From Parcubacteria group bacterium Gr01-1014_8 (GTDB lineage: Bacteria; Patescibacteriota; Minisyncoccia; Phycocordibacterales; UBA2100), in assembly GCA_007376385.1 (NCBI GenBank), contig VMGC01000003.1, positions 1 through 64,000 on the forward strand: 64,000 nt of DNA, in the 5' to 3' direction. The notes under the pieces are model-generated. The model did no database searches and was not told where the DNA came from. It saw only the letters and a program-made list of their open reading frames with translations. How positions within the stretch are numbered: position 1 is the stretch's first letter; each line of letters opens with the position of its first letter. Of the stretch, positions 18,708 to 29,054 are shown piece after piece. A program made the position numbers and the translations under genes.

Positions 18708-20093
18708 TTATTTGTACAGGATCTCCTTCGCTCGCTCGCGGATGTCTATTGGATAGATGCCTGTAAAACATGAGGTGTTCAACTGCGATTCCGGAACACC
18801 GATCGCATCGATCATGCCTTGATACGAGAGGTATTGAACCGACGTTGCCCCAAGGAAGTCACGGATCTCATCGACAGATTTTGTCGCGGCAATAAGCTCA
18901 TTCTGCTTCGCGATATCTATGCCGTAAAAATCTGGATATTTAACGGGCGGCGATGAGACTACAAAATGTACCTCTGATGCTCCCGTTTCGAACAGCATTC
19001 GAACAATTTTCTGCGATGTGGTGCCGCGAACTATAGAATCATCGACGACAATGACGCGTTTTTGGCGGATAACACTGTCCCGTGGATTCAATTTCATTCG
19101 CACGCCTTGTTCGCGCAAATGCTGTTCTGGCTGGATGAATGTGCGTTGAATGTAGCGATTCTTCCCAAGCCCGAATTCCAGCGGGATGCCGGCCTCGCGC
19201 GCATAACCGAGCGCTATCGGAGTAGCGGTATCGGGAACCGGAATGACCACGTCTGCTTCTATCCTTTTTTCGCGTGCAAGCTGGGCGCCGAATTTTTTCC
19301 TCACTTCATATACAGATCTTCCAAGCAGCTCGCTTGAAGCTCGCGTAAAATATACAAATTCAAACACATCGAGCTTCAGGTTCCCCGGCTTTAACTGCTC
19401 ACTTCGGAGGCCGTTCTCATCAATGATGATCATTTCGCCCGGTTCCACGTCACGAACGAACGATGCTCCGATCGGATTGAACGCGCACGTCTCTGATGCG
19501 ACTATCCAACCTCCGTTGAGTTGTGCGAGTGAAAGCGGCCGAATGCCGCATTCATCGCGAATAGCAATAAGTTTATCCTTTGAAAGAATGAGGATGCAAA
19601 AAGCTCCGGTTATGAGTGGAAATGTTTTTCGAACCGCATCCTCAAGCGTCATACCGTCTTTCACATATTCGGCAATAGCGTCAGCAACAAAACGCGAATC
19701 TGATATGTCGGATACATCGTGACCCCGAGACTTCAAGAAATCCTGCAAAGCCGCTGTAGACGGCAAATTGCCGTTGTGCGCGAGTGCGATCGCATCGTTG
19801 GCGACGAGAATGGGTTGCGCGTGCGCCAATTTTGAGCCCGCGGCTGTTGAATAGCGATTGTGGCCTATGGCAATGTGGCCGTGAAGCTTTTTTATTGAAT
19901 CCTCAGAAAAGACTTGAGCCACAAGTCCCATGTCCTTGTGGCAATATAATCTCGTACCATCTGCTGTCGATATGCCGGAGCTTTCTTGTCCGCGATGTTG
20001 GAGCGAGTAGAGGCCGAAATACGCAAGCCGCGCGGCCTCAAGTCCTTTCCCATGAACTCCAAACACCGCGCATTTCTCTTTGATTTCTTCCAT
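18708..20093 (-). CDS. purF: amidophosphoribosyltransferase
   Basis: Propeptide then CAVFGV catalytic Cys, Ntn glutaminase domain, PRTase motif VIVVDDSIVRGTT. Confidence 0.9.
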   Translation of the reverse strand: MEEIKEKCAVFGVHGKGLEAARLAYFGLYSLQHRGQESSGISTADGTRLYCHKDMGLVAQVFSEDSIKKLHGHIAIGHNRYSTAAGSKLAHAQPILVANDAIALAHNGNLPSTAALQDFLKSRGHDVSDISDSRFVADAIAEYVKDGMTLEDAVRKTFPLITGAFCILILSKDKLIAIRDECGIRPLSLAQLNGGWIVASETCAFNPIGASFVRDVEPGEMIIIDENGLRSEQLKPGNLKLDVFEFVYFTRASSELLGRSVYEVRKKFGAQLAREKRIEADVVIPVPDTATPIALGYAREAGIPLEFGLGKNRYIQRTFIQPEQHLREQGVRMKLNPRDSVIRQKRVIVVDDSIVRGTTSQKIVRMLFETGASEVHFVVSSPPVKYPDFYGIDIAKQNELIAATKSVDEIRDFLGATSVQYLSYQGMIDAIGVPESQLNTSCFTGIYPIDIRERAKEILYK

Positions 20094-20118
20094 ATGACAT
20101 TATAACACACTTTCCGAA

Positions 20119-21228
20119 TTACGCATCAGGGAACGCTTCCTTTATCTCTTTTGCGAGATACGGATTCCACATAGCTCCCGTTGCACTCATCACTATATCA
20201 GCGCCAACATTCCGGTATTCTTTGAAATCCTGTGGACTTGTAACGCCTCCAACGCCGACAATCGAAAAATCTGCCTTCAACTTCCGTCGGGCACCAACGA
20301 GCCGCTTTGCCATATCGAGTCCTGCCCACTTGATGGCGTGCCCGCATACTCCGCTTTTTAGCCTCATCGGCAACCCTGGGAGCGCTTGCTTGCCGCTTTT
20401 GTCTACTACTGGAGCTGCTATTGTATTTATCGAAGCGATCGCATTGGCATATTTTGTCGCAATTCTCCCGAGCTCCTCGACATCGGCATCGTCATTGTAA
20501 TAACCTACCTTAAGGATTAATGGCAATGTTCCTATAGCCTTTCGGATCGCTTCCGAAACGCGCTCTGTCATATCGAGGTTGTAACAGACAAGCCCCTCGT
20601 TCCCGATATTAGGACACGAGAGATTTGCTTCCAATATTTTCGCTCCAGTTTGCGCAGACAATCTTCCTGCCTCGGCAAAATCCGCGACAAACTCATCCGC
20701 ACTCTGCCCCTCACGCACGGTACCCATAAAACTCATGACCATGACTTGCCCGGTACCTGCCGCAGAAACGGCTTTTTTTGCGTCTTCTTGCCATACATTT
20801 GGGGGGCGCGAGGGCACGCCGAATGAATTCGTTATCGAAAGCGGCTCGCTATATTCCGTGTCCGCCACAAGCGGCTGCCCAGCTCTCTCCAGCGTCAGAT
20901 CGCCCTCTATGTTCACGGACAGCACATTCGGGAATGGATGGCACGGAAATTCATTTGCGCGTGCCGTTTTATAGACCGGCACGTCAAATCCTTTTCGGAA
21001 TGCCGCCGCAACATATTTAGAATTAAGGAGCGGGCCCGCAGGGATACCGAGCGGATAGTTTATTTTGATTCCCAAAAAGTCGAAACGCGGCTCCCCTTCC
21101 GCAACACGTATACCGTCCGCAAAACCGTTAAAGGGACCTTTTGTGTAATTATCCTCATAACTCAGCAGTGGATCATAGAACGGGGCCCGCAACATGTGTG
21201 CATCATACCACCAAGCTCTATCGCTCAA
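20119..21228 (-). CDS. dihydroorotate dehydrogenase-family flavoprotein (TIM barrel)
   Basis: ILEANLSCPN motif, FMN-binding GVGGV near the C-terminus. Confidence 0.6.
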   Translation of the reverse strand: MSDRAWWYDAHMLRAPFYDPLLSYEDNYTKGPFNGFADGIRVAEGEPRFDFLGIKINYPLGIPAGPLLNSKYVAAAFRKGFDVPVYKTARANEFPCHPFPNVLSVNIEGDLTLERAGQPLVADTEYSEPLSITNSFGVPSRPPNVWQEDAKKAVSAAGTGQVMVMSFMGTVREGQSADEFVADFAEAGRLSAQTGAKILEANLSCPNIGNEGLVCYNLDMTERVSEAIRKAIGTLPLILKVGYYNDDADVEELGRIATKYANAIASINTIAAPVVDKSGKQALPGLPMRLKSGVCGHAIKWAGLDMAKRLVGARRKLKADFSIVGVGGVTSPQDFKEYRNVGADIVMSATGAMWNPYLAKEIKEAFPDA

Positions 21229-21276
21229 AATTAGCCCGGATGTGCATTATCCAAGGCGCCCTGATATTTTGTCTAT

Positions 21277-21738
21277 TTAACGCACCCTCTTAAACCGCAG
21301 AGTCTCTCCATCCACATAGGTAAGTTCCAGTTCATCATCGCTTGATCTATCGACCGTAAAAAACATAACTTCGTTAGGCGTCATTATTTTCATATACGAT
21401 AATCCTTCGCGAATAGGAAACGGGGTTGGTTCATCTGTTGGGCTCATGAATGTATACCAATTTGCCTCTGAAGTAGCCGACGCGTCTCCTTCATACCTGT
21501 CAATAACTGAAAAATCCGGCTTGAATTCGCGCGTAAATTTCGCATCTTCAGCGCTTTTCCACACACCCACGATCGTATTCGCTGGTGTTTCAGCTTTTTT
21601 GGCATGTATTGCCGGATTCACTTCCTTTGTATCGTGCGACGGTTCAAACACTCCTAATTTCCCGAAGTAGTATCCAACTCCAGCGCCGACGGCTATAACG
21701 ACAACAACAAGCAGAACGATCCTCATATCGATTGACAT
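21277..21738 (-). CDS. hypothetical membrane-anchored/secreted protein
   Basis: N-terminal hydrophobic helix, no recognisable domain. Confidence 0.35.
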   Translation of the reverse strand: MSIDMRIVLLVVVVIAVGAGVGYYFGKLGVFEPSHDTKEVNPAIHAKKAETPANTIVGVWKSAEDAKFTREFKPDFSVIDRYEGDASATSEANWYTFMSPTDEPTPFPIREGLSYMKIMTPNEVMFFTVDRSSDDELELTYVDGETLRFKRVR

Positions 21739-22298
21739 TATACTCCCGCAATTGACCTCGCCACGAGCCCGGTTACATATATACCGATAAAGTTCATACA
21801 GAACATAACAAGAAAAAAACGTTCTTTGCGAATGTTTGAGAAACCAAGGAGCGCGAGTCCAAGCTCATCTGGCAGTGGAGAAGCGATAATAAGAGCACCA
21901 ATAAAAGGAAGCAGTCGGTGGATGAGTCTTGTGTGCCACATTGCCTTGAAACGCATCGGCATGGTTGCATGCGATATCAGATATTTCACGTCCTCGGAAA
22001 ATTTGTCACGAACAATCCAGAACAGCACATAATCGCCACACACCGCCCCAACAGCGCCGATCAAGGCGACGCTCCATATGGAAGTGTCCACTGATAACTG
22101 ACCAAGAACAACAATTGAGGGTGCAATAGTCAGCATTGACGTACAGAAAAAACCCGCCACAAAACTTCCCACCTGGGCGAAACCATCAGTCGTTGATATG
22201 AGCACATGGACGATCCCTGAGCGGATGATAAGCGCAGCAAAGAGAACACTCGCTAACAGCGAGCCGCTCAAATGAATGAGGTGGTATTTTCCCTTCAC
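21738..22298 (-). CDS. hypothetical integral membrane protein
   Basis: Multiple TM helices. Start overlaps the stop of the downstream gene. Confidence 0.4.
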   Translation of the reverse strand: MKGKYHLIHLSGSLLASVLFAALIIRSGIVHVLISTTDGFAQVGSFVAGFFCTSMLTIAPSIVVLGQLSVDTSIWSVALIGAVGAVCGDYVLFWIVRDKFSEDVKYLISHATMPMRFKAMWHTRLIHRLLPFIGALIIASPLPDELGLALLGFSNIRKERFFLVMFCMNFIGIYVTGLVARSIAGV

Positions 22299-22327
22299 AG
22301 ATGCATTGTAACCGAAACAAATATGTC

Positions 22328-23215
22328 TTAAGAAAAATACGTCTGGATCAAGAGGTCATATCGCCATTTTTGTATTTTTGGCCACTTATGCATGCGAGCG
22401 GTGGACCATACTGCTCGAAGGAACGCAAGATCCGCAGCATATGCTGATATCACGGGAAGCTGGTATTTGGCCGCAAGCTTATCGAGCATAAGGAAGTAGC
22501 GGCGCTTTTGCTCGTTCGAATACCGATACCGAGCGTAAAATTCGTAGCTGCGATCGTCCGGATGCAGATCAATGTGAATGAGGGCGGTAACCAGGTCAAA
22601 TCCAAAGGGAGCTTGAAAAAAATGCTCCAGATCTATGACGCCCGCCGCGAATAGATTTCTCGGATTGAAATCTCCATGTGAGAGAACAAAAGGAAATGCT
22701 GAAAGCCGTTCGGACGCCTCGTCGAATCTGCTTTGGATCTTTCGCGCGAGACCGGGCAGTTCTTTACAGAGCTCACCCAAAAATATGCCTGAAGCAAGTT
22801 CTGAAGGGGGGCCCTGAGTCGTATGCGTAGTCATTTGCGCTTCTGCGTACTGCAGAACGACTTGTAACAACTCGCGAAAATGCTCTTCAGAGATCGCCCC
22901 GTTTGTTTGCCAATCTTCTTCAAAATTATCGCCTATGCTTTTATCTCCCAGCGACTTTTCGATAAAATATGCCTTGTCGCCCAGTGTTCCCGAATCAAGA
23001 AGTGCCGCAACCGGATAGCCGGCATTCTCCATCATTGTATGAACCTCAAGATGGCGAGAAATAGATGCGGGTTCACCAACACGTACATATTCACCATTTC
23101 CCCTATATACCCCTGTTACCCCACCCTGCTGTAACACCACAAGTTCAAAAGTCTTTCCTCCTATGGTAATAAACTTTTCCATATACGCTCTACGGATGGA
23201 AGTAGAATGCGACAC
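22328..23215 (-). CDS. aminoglycoside phosphotransferase (APH)-fold kinase
   Basis: HGDFNPRNLF catalytic motif (HGDxxxxN) and DLE/D motifs. Confidence 0.6.
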   Translation of the reverse strand: MSHSTSIRRAYMEKFITIGGKTFELVVLQQGGVTGVYRGNGEYVRVGEPASISRHLEVHTMMENAGYPVAALLDSGTLGDKAYFIEKSLGDKSIGDNFEEDWQTNGAISEEHFRELLQVVLQYAEAQMTTHTTQGPPSELASGIFLGELCKELPGLARKIQSRFDEASERLSAFPFVLSHGDFNPRNLFAAGVIDLEHFFQAPFGFDLVTALIHIDLHPDDRSYEFYARYRYSNEQKRRYFLMLDKLAAKYQLPVISAYAADLAFLRAVWSTARMHKWPKIQKWRYDLLIQTYFS

Positions 23216-24239
23216 CGATAATGATGTACGCGGTCAATAACTGCAATCCCTCGAACCAATTGCTCTCCCCGTCTTCAATAACGAGATTAGCGATCAACAC
23301 TGCAAGCACTACCGTCACCAATTCGAACATACCGAATACAAGCGTGACGTGTGTTTCAAAGAAAAAACTAAGAAGAACCAGGAGCGGCGCGATGAGCATC
23401 GCTATTTGAGTCGCCGAGCCGAGCGCTATTTGAATCGACAGATCCATTCGATTCTTTATAGAAACCAGAATTGCGGAACTGTGTTCTGCGACGTTCCCAA
23501 TGATAGCGACAAAAATGACTCCGATGAACATCTCCGTCCACCCGAGGCTCTGTACTATTGGCTCAACTGCTCCGATGAGAAGCTCGCTCATCAATGCTAT
23601 CGCTGCAGTCGAAGAGAAAAGCACGATAAGACTCTTTCTATTGCTCCAATGACTTTCATACTCCGCTACTTCTTCAACATACAAATGTTTATGCGTGTAC
23701 AGCGAAAATATGAGGCTCGCACCATAGATGCCTATCATGAGAACCGCAACTGCGATACTAAGATCCTCAATGACGGCTGTTTCAACACCAGGAGCAGTCA
23801 AGAGAAATATTGCGGGCATCACAAGTGCAATGACAGCAAGTAAGAGGGTCGAACCGCTTGATAGAACAGCTGTTCTATTGAACTTCTGTGATGAGAATAC
23901 GAGACCTCCCGCAAACATCGACGCACCCATAACAAGGAGAATGTTTCCTACGATCGAACCGATTATTGATGCCTTCACTATTCCGATAAGTCCAGCTCGG
24001 AGCGCAAAAAAAGCGATGATGAGTTCCGCTGCGTTCCCGAAAGTCGCATTCAAGAGTCCCCCTACTCCGACGCCTGCACGACGAGCCAGATGGTCAGTCG
24101 CTTCTCCGATGAATTTAGCAAGTGGAATTATTGCAAGCGCAGATAGAAAGAAAAGTACGAGCGGCGGGGTGTCCAACAACGAGGCAAAGAGAGCCACCGG
24201 GACAAACACAAGCATCCCTACAAACAGCTTATTCAGCAT
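23190..24239 (-). CDS. Ca2+/H+ (CaCA family) antiporter
   Basis: Two alpha repeats GNAAELII and GNVAEH, 10 to 11 TM helices. Confidence 0.85.
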   Translation of the reverse strand: MLNKLFVGMLVFVPVALFASLLDTPPLVLFFLSALAIIPLAKFIGEATDHLARRAGVGVGGLLNATFGNAAELIIAFFALRAGLIGIVKASIIGSIVGNILLVMGASMFAGGLVFSSQKFNRTAVLSSGSTLLLAVIALVMPAIFLLTAPGVETAVIEDLSIAVAVLMIGIYGASLIFSLYTHKHLYVEEVAEYESHWSNRKSLIVLFSSTAAIALMSELLIGAVEPIVQSLGWTEMFIGVIFVAIIGNVAEHSSAILVSIKNRMDLSIQIALGSATQIAMLIAPLLVLLSFFFETHVTLVFGMFELVTVVLAVLIANLVIEDGESNWFEGLQLLTAYIIIGVAFYFHP

Positions 24240-24288
24240 TGCAGAATAGTACCGTGTTGGCGTCTCAATGCAAAAGAGATACAGAGAC

Positions 24289-24405
24289 GTTTATTGACGA
24301 GCGTTGCGAGTGAAGCGAAAATGTACTCATTTTCATTTCCGAGCCGAGGAGTCAACACAGGGTCGAATACCCTTTATCTGGCATTGCCGTCGAAAACGGC
24401 AATGT
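24289..24405 (+). repeat. intergenic repeat family copy A, with a downstream 9 bp hairpin
   Basis: tttattgacgagcgttgcgagtgaagcgaaaatg...cattttcatttccgagccgaggagtcaacacagggtcgaataccc, then CATTGCCGTcgaaaACGGCAATG. Confidence 0.6.
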
Positions 24406-24480
24406 TGATTCGTCTCGGCATAGCGACTCATTACCAAATAGGCCGCTCTGACACCTCGCAGCATACTGCGAGAGCTGGCT

Positions 24481-24960
24481 TTACTTTGCGAGAAGACGTT
24501 TGTTTCTGAAAGGAGCGGTAAGAAAACGAATGAGACGACTTTTCAAATAGAAATCGATGGAGTGCGGTACAAGGTCAATATGTGCAATGAAGACAACGAG
24601 CCCGCGAATTTGCTCTCTAGCATCAACCGTATTCTTCCCAACGTACCCATATTCTTGCCCAATTCGTACAACCGCAAGAAGCATGGACGCGAACAACATG
24701 ATCGGGAGAAATGGCCCCGCAGAGTAAACTCCAACAAATCCCAAGAACCACAAAACAAACAGTATCGACGCACTAGCGGAAAGTGACGGCATAGACCTAT
24801 TCAGACGCTTAGCTTCTACTTCACTTACCTCACGTAGGGTTGCTTCCCCCTTGGCCGCTCGTTTCGAGACGCCATACCAAGTCTTTTGAACAGGTATCCA
24901 TATACCCTCTGAATATCGACGTGTTTTAGGCTTATTTGGACGTTTTGACGTTGCTTTCAT
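24481..24960 (-). CDS. hypothetical membrane protein
   Basis: Two central TM helices and a basic N-terminus, no domain recognised. Confidence 0.4.
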   Translation of the reverse strand: MKATSKRPNKPKTRRYSEGIWIPVQKTWYGVSKRAAKGEATLREVSEVEAKRLNRSMPSLSASASILFVLWFLGFVGVYSAGPFLPIMLFASMLLAVVRIGQEYGYVGKNTVDAREQIRGLVVFIAHIDLVPHSIDFYLKSRLIRFLTAPFRNKRLLAK

Positions 24961-25171
24961 ATATGTTCAGGGCTCTTTGGGACAAAGGATCGCGCCTCAA
25001 AAAGTGGAATGGCACAGTATCAAATAGCTGCCCTCTTGACAACAAGCACGGATATCGTCCTGTCTTCTTTCCTCCCTTTGAGCGTCTAGAAAGCCGCGAT
25101 ACAATCGCCACTCGGGAAACTAGCTCGCGGTATCTTTTCTGGCGTTCAATACTGCTCTCCCTGAGAGAAAG

Positions 25172-27340
25172 TTGTGCGTCAGCATAGTCTCAACGGCAAT
25201 GGTTTTTTTCGACCCAAGCGGAGTCAGAAAGATAGTATTTGGGATAACGGTTTTTGTCATTCTCGTACTTCTTAGTGCAACACTCTTTGGCAGCTCACAA
25301 TATTTGAAGAATGCACGCATCTTTGCAGAAACGGCATATGCTCCGGTCAATTGGAGCGAACCCCAATTTGAAAAAACACTGGCGCTTACGTTCGACGACG
25401 GCCCTAAGCCCATATACACAGAGGAAATTGTGTCAGTTTTGAAAGAAAATGATGTTCCGGCAACCTTTTTTCTTGTTGGGGAGCAGATGATACGCCATCC
25501 CACGATAACTCGCTCGATCGTCTCGAACGGCTTTGATGTCGGCAATCACTCTCTGACACACTCGCGAAACATCCATTCGAGCTCTGAACGCATACATCGC
25601 GAAATAGTTGCGACCGATCGTATCTTGAGCGCTATTACCGGCCACTCAAGCATATTCTACCGGCCGCCTTATTTGTTGGATCAGGAATTTGGAAGTATTG
25701 ATGGGATGAGCATTGACAGCGACGTCATTAGAACGATCGAGGAGGTAGGGCCAATTGTGGTCGGTGCGGATGCAGGCGGCGAAGATTGGGAAACAGCAAT
25801 ACGGGCAGATGCGGACATTATTTATGAGCAGGTTGCCGCAGATGCGAGGGACGGACATCATGTCATCTTGTTGCACGATGCGGCGGGAGCGGGAGCAACT
25901 GCCGATGCGCTGAGAGAACTCATCCCTGCATTGAAAGCTGAAGGATACAGATTCGTCCCGCTCTCCTTCTATTTCGGTCTCACCCGGGAACAGGCCATGC
26001 CGGAAGTTGGAATTGGCGTCATACTATCAGAAGCAGTTCTCACCCTTCTCGTTTTTACGGAAGTCAGCGGCGGTGCACTGCTATACATATTAGTTGTTTC
26101 AATGGTTGTTATTGCAGTCGCTCGCATCTGGTTCATCATTTTGGTCCGCCGTATCATTGTTCCGCTTGTTCGAACGCCTAGGTTTCGCGGTATTCTTCCT
26201 TCTGTCTCGGTCATAATTCCAGCACATAACGAGTCCGCGAACATTGAGGCGACCATTCATTCCGTCATGTCGGGAAGTGTAACGCCGGAGGAAGTAATCG
26301 TTGTCGATGATGCCTCGAGCGATAATACGGCGAAACTCGTCAGAGAACTTCAAGTGAAATACGATCCGCGTTTGAGATTGCTGCAGAAGGAGCGCGGCGG
26401 CTCGAAAGCCGCCGCGCTGAATGCTGGTCTTCCCGAAGCGGCCGGAGATGTTCTTGTCTGTATCGACGCTGATACAACTGTGAGCCGGCACGCTCTTAGG
26501 AGACTCCTGTATCATTTTCATGATACAAAAGTCGGCGCGGTCGCAGGCAAAGTGTACCCTGCGTCACTGCGTTCTTTCTTTGAGAAACTGCAATATCTTG
26601 AATACGTGCAAGCGCAAAATTTGGATAAAGAAGTATTTTCGGTCGTGAACGCAGTCGGCATCGTACCCGGTGCCATCGGAGCTTGGAGAAAAACCGCAGT
26701 CGTGAACGCAGGCGGCTACTCCCTCGACACTGTCGTTGAAGATCAAGACCTTTCACTCGCGCTTCTTCTCAGAGGCTGGAATATCGTGTATGAACCGGAA
26801 GCCCTCGGATACACGGAAACTCCTACCAGCGCCCAGACGTTCTTCAAACAGCGATTCCGCTGGGTTCATGGAACGATGCAATGTTTTCGCAAATACGAGG
26901 CGTGGTTTGCTTCCCCGTTCGCTCCCCGGATGGGTTTTATCGTCCTGCCGAATCTACTCTTGTTCAACCTCATCATTCCGCTCGCCGCACCTCTTGTTGA
27001 TATTGCGTTCTTCGCGAGCGTCTTTGGTATATTCAACGTCCCGCTTGTAGCGACAATATTCATTTTCTTTATTCTTTTTGATCTTCTCTATGCCTACGAA
27101 GGCCTGCGGCTTGAAGAAAAACCGACGTATTCACTCATTCCACTTATTCCTATTCAGCGCTGGGTATACCGATACATTGTCGCCGCGGCAATGTTCAAAA
27201 GCGTAGTCGCTGCACTCGCCGGTACATTAGTGGTGTGGGCAACTCCCTCACGCCGCGGCACAGCGTCGCGTGAATGGGCACTTGTGCAAGCGAAAGCAGA
27301 ACGACTTCAAACTCAAATATCAAAGATCTCTACCGACTAA
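25172..27340 (+). CDS. fused polysaccharide deacetylase (NodB/CE4) - family 2 glycosyltransferase (processive synthase-like) membrane protein
   Basis: Signal anchor, TFDDGP and NodB His motifs, TM segments, then GT2 motifs DDASSDNT, DADT and QRFRW. Confidence 0.8.
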   Translation: MCVSIVSTAMVFFDPSGVRKIVFGITVFVILVLLSATLFGSSQYLKNARIFAETAYAPVNWSEPQFEKTLALTFDDGPKPIYTEEIVSVLKENDVPATFFLVGEQMIRHPTITRSIVSNGFDVGNHSLTHSRNIHSSSERIHREIVATDRILSAITGHSSIFYRPPYLLDQEFGSIDGMSIDSDVIRTIEEVGPIVVGADAGGEDWETAIRADADIIYEQVAADARDGHHVILLHDAAGAGATADALRELIPALKAEGYRFVPLSFYFGLTREQAMPEVGIGVILSEAVLTLLVFTEVSGGALLYILVVSMVVIAVARIWFIILVRRIIVPLVRTPRFRGILPSVSVIIPAHNESANIEATIHSVMSGSVTPEEVIVVDDASSDNTAKLVRELQVKYDPRLRLLQKERGGSKAAALNAGLPEAAGDVLVCIDADTTVSRHALRRLLYHFHDTKVGAVAGKVYPASLRSFFEKLQYLEYVQAQNLDKEVFSVVNAVGIVPGAIGAWRKTAVVNAGGYSLDTVVEDQDLSLALLLRGWNIVYEPEALGYTETPTSAQTFFKQRFRWVHGTMQCFRKYEAWFASPFAPRMGFIVLPNLLLFNLIIPLAAPLVDIAFFASVFGIFNVPLVATIFIFFILFDLLYAYEGLRLEEKPTYSLIPLIPIQRWVYRYIVAAAMFKSVVAALAGTLVVWATPSRRGTASREWALVQAKAERLQTQISKISTD

Positions 27341-27391
27341 CACATTCGCTCTGTTGTGCCCGGCACTTCCTCGTTCTCACTCGGTCATCGT

Positions 27392-28084
27392 TCAACGTTC
27401 GGTCACGATATCCAGCCAAGGACCCTGCGATACGGCCTCGTTCGCAACATGCCGCCATTCCACTTCTGATACATCACCAGCGTGTAAACAATCGCGCATT
27501 GCAGGAGAGAGGTCGATACCTGCCCATTCGCCCTGTTCATTCGCTGGCCACTCAGCATCTCCAAACACGTAGTCCACATCATCTGTCTCATGTGGTCCTA
27601 CATCCTCCCACTGACCGAAGCATGATTTTCCTCTCAGCCGTACCTCGATCCAGCGGTCTTTCAAAAGCGTCGTGCGTGCGCTACTCTCGTTCCACGGGAT
27701 CATGTCTGAATTGTTTTTTCTTTTATCCCTTCGCATGTCATTGTATGGCAGAGCAACATAGAAGGGATTTTCTTTGGGTGTGAAGGCGCATGGCTGATAC
27801 CCACAACGTTCTTCTGGGTCATCAACGCCCCCGAAATGCTCCTCCCAATCCTCGTCCCATGCGCTGGCGCTGTTGTGTATGAACGCGTTGTCCTCGGTCG
27901 CTCCCTCGCCCACCCAAAAAACCGTTGCTTTGGCCGTTTTCCACCCCTCTCGATCCATCCCATTAGACACCGCGCTTGCGGCTGAAAAGTCGAAAAGCGT
28001 GGCCGAATACTGCCAAAAAATCAGAAAAACGAGCGCACAAAGAGCGCCTGCAATCGCTCCAATAATGAGTCGGCGGTCCAACAT
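27392..28084 (-). CDS. membrane-anchored protein with a possible RlpA/expansin-like double-psi beta-barrel domain
   Basis: IEVRLRGKSCFGQWEDVGP...GIDLSPAMRDCL resembles a DPBB fold. Start is probably the internal Met before the TM helix; the ORF extends to 28252. Confidence 0.4.
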   Translation of the reverse strand: MLDRRLIIGAIAGALCALVFLIFWQYSATLFDFSAASAVSNGMDREGWKTAKATVFWVGEGATEDNAFIHNSASAWDEDWEEHFGGVDDPEERCGYQPCAFTPKENPFYVALPYNDMRRDKRKNNSDMIPWNESSARTTLLKDRWIEVRLRGKSCFGQWEDVGPHETDDVDYVFGDAEWPANEQGEWAGIDLSPAMRDCLHAGDVSEVEWRHVANEAVSQGPWLDIVTER

Positions 28085-28223
28085 GGCCACGCATTGTACC
28101 AAAAGAGTACCGTTTGGACGTATTGCGCCTTTTTTTGTGACAAGAACCTTACAATGTCGGTTAGAAAACATTAAAAAGCCTGCCGCAAGTACAAGTTCTA
28201 GTTTCATTTGAGACAATAAAGCA

Positions 28224-28940
28224 GTGAAAGCTATTTTCTTTATTCTTGTCATTTCGTTCTTCAGCGCAGTTCAGTGGGTATCAAATATCGCGCTTCCTCC
28301 TCTTCCTCCCTCAACCGCACAGCAGACTGCTTCTGTTTCCATCTCCACGACAGATACAACCGAAACTTCGCCAACATCAAAAAAGTCAGAGCAAAATACT
28401 GCCGCATCTTCGCTGGTGCCAAAACAGTTGCCCGCGGCTTCGACACAACAACCTCATCCGTCCAACAAATTTCCCGAGCAGACAACCCCTCCGACACCGA
28501 TCACATTATCTGTAGAAACTGAAAAAGATTTCTTAACAAAAGTTGAGATAGAAATATTCTTGCTTACTAATAAAGAGCGCACAGCACTGGGACTCCCCTC
28601 GCTTGTCACAGATACTGAGCTTGCGGCAATTGCTGAAGCACACAGCAAGGACATGCTCATGAACGACTACTTCTCGCATGAAGATAAGAGCGGATGCAGT
28701 TCATCATGCCGGGCAAATAACAGAGGATACTCTTGGTCAACAATTGGAGAGAATATTTATATGATGTCCGGTTACGAACTTTCCGCAACAGAAGCTGCCG
28801 CAATGATCGTACAGGGCTGGATGAACAGCCCCGGACATCGTGCAAATATCCTGCGTCCTGCCTTTACTCACCTTGGCGTCGGTGTTGTTGCGGAAGGGAA
28901 AAACGTCTATTCAACGGCGCTTTTCGCGAAACCGAGATGA
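28224..28940 (+). CDS. secreted CAP/SCP/PR-1-like domain protein with Ser/Thr/Pro-rich linker
   Basis: Signal peptide, low-complexity T/S/P/Q linker, C-terminal CAP domain (EAHSKDM...GHRANIL...HLGVGV). Confidence 0.7.
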   Translation: MKAIFFILVISFFSAVQWVSNIALPPLPPSTAQQTASVSISTTDTTETSPTSKKSEQNTAASSLVPKQLPAASTQQPHPSNKFPEQTTPPTPITLSVETEKDFLTKVEIEIFLLTNKERTALGLPSLVTDTELAAIAEAHSKDMLMNDYFSHEDKSGCSSSCRANNRGYSWSTIGENIYMMSGYELSATEAAAMIVQGWMNSPGHRANILRPAFTHLGVGVVAEGKNVYSTALFAKPR

Positions 28941-29046
28941 AAGGTTTCAACCCCCAGGGCTTGCCGCGGGATTTTGAACCTGTGCTGTCTACGTCGCTCG
29001 GAAATGCGAAACCTGCGCTTTCGCATTTCGCGTGCTACCCTCGACA
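28938..29046 (-). repeat. intergenic repeat family copy B (diverged, minus orientation) between convergent genes
   Basis: Contains GAAATGCGAAAcctgcgcTTTCGCATTTC (29001-29029), catttccgagc and acaggttcaaaatccc. Its 3' end gaaaggtttcaaccccc is shared with 4411. Confidence 0.5.
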
Positions 29047-29054
29047 GATAAAAA

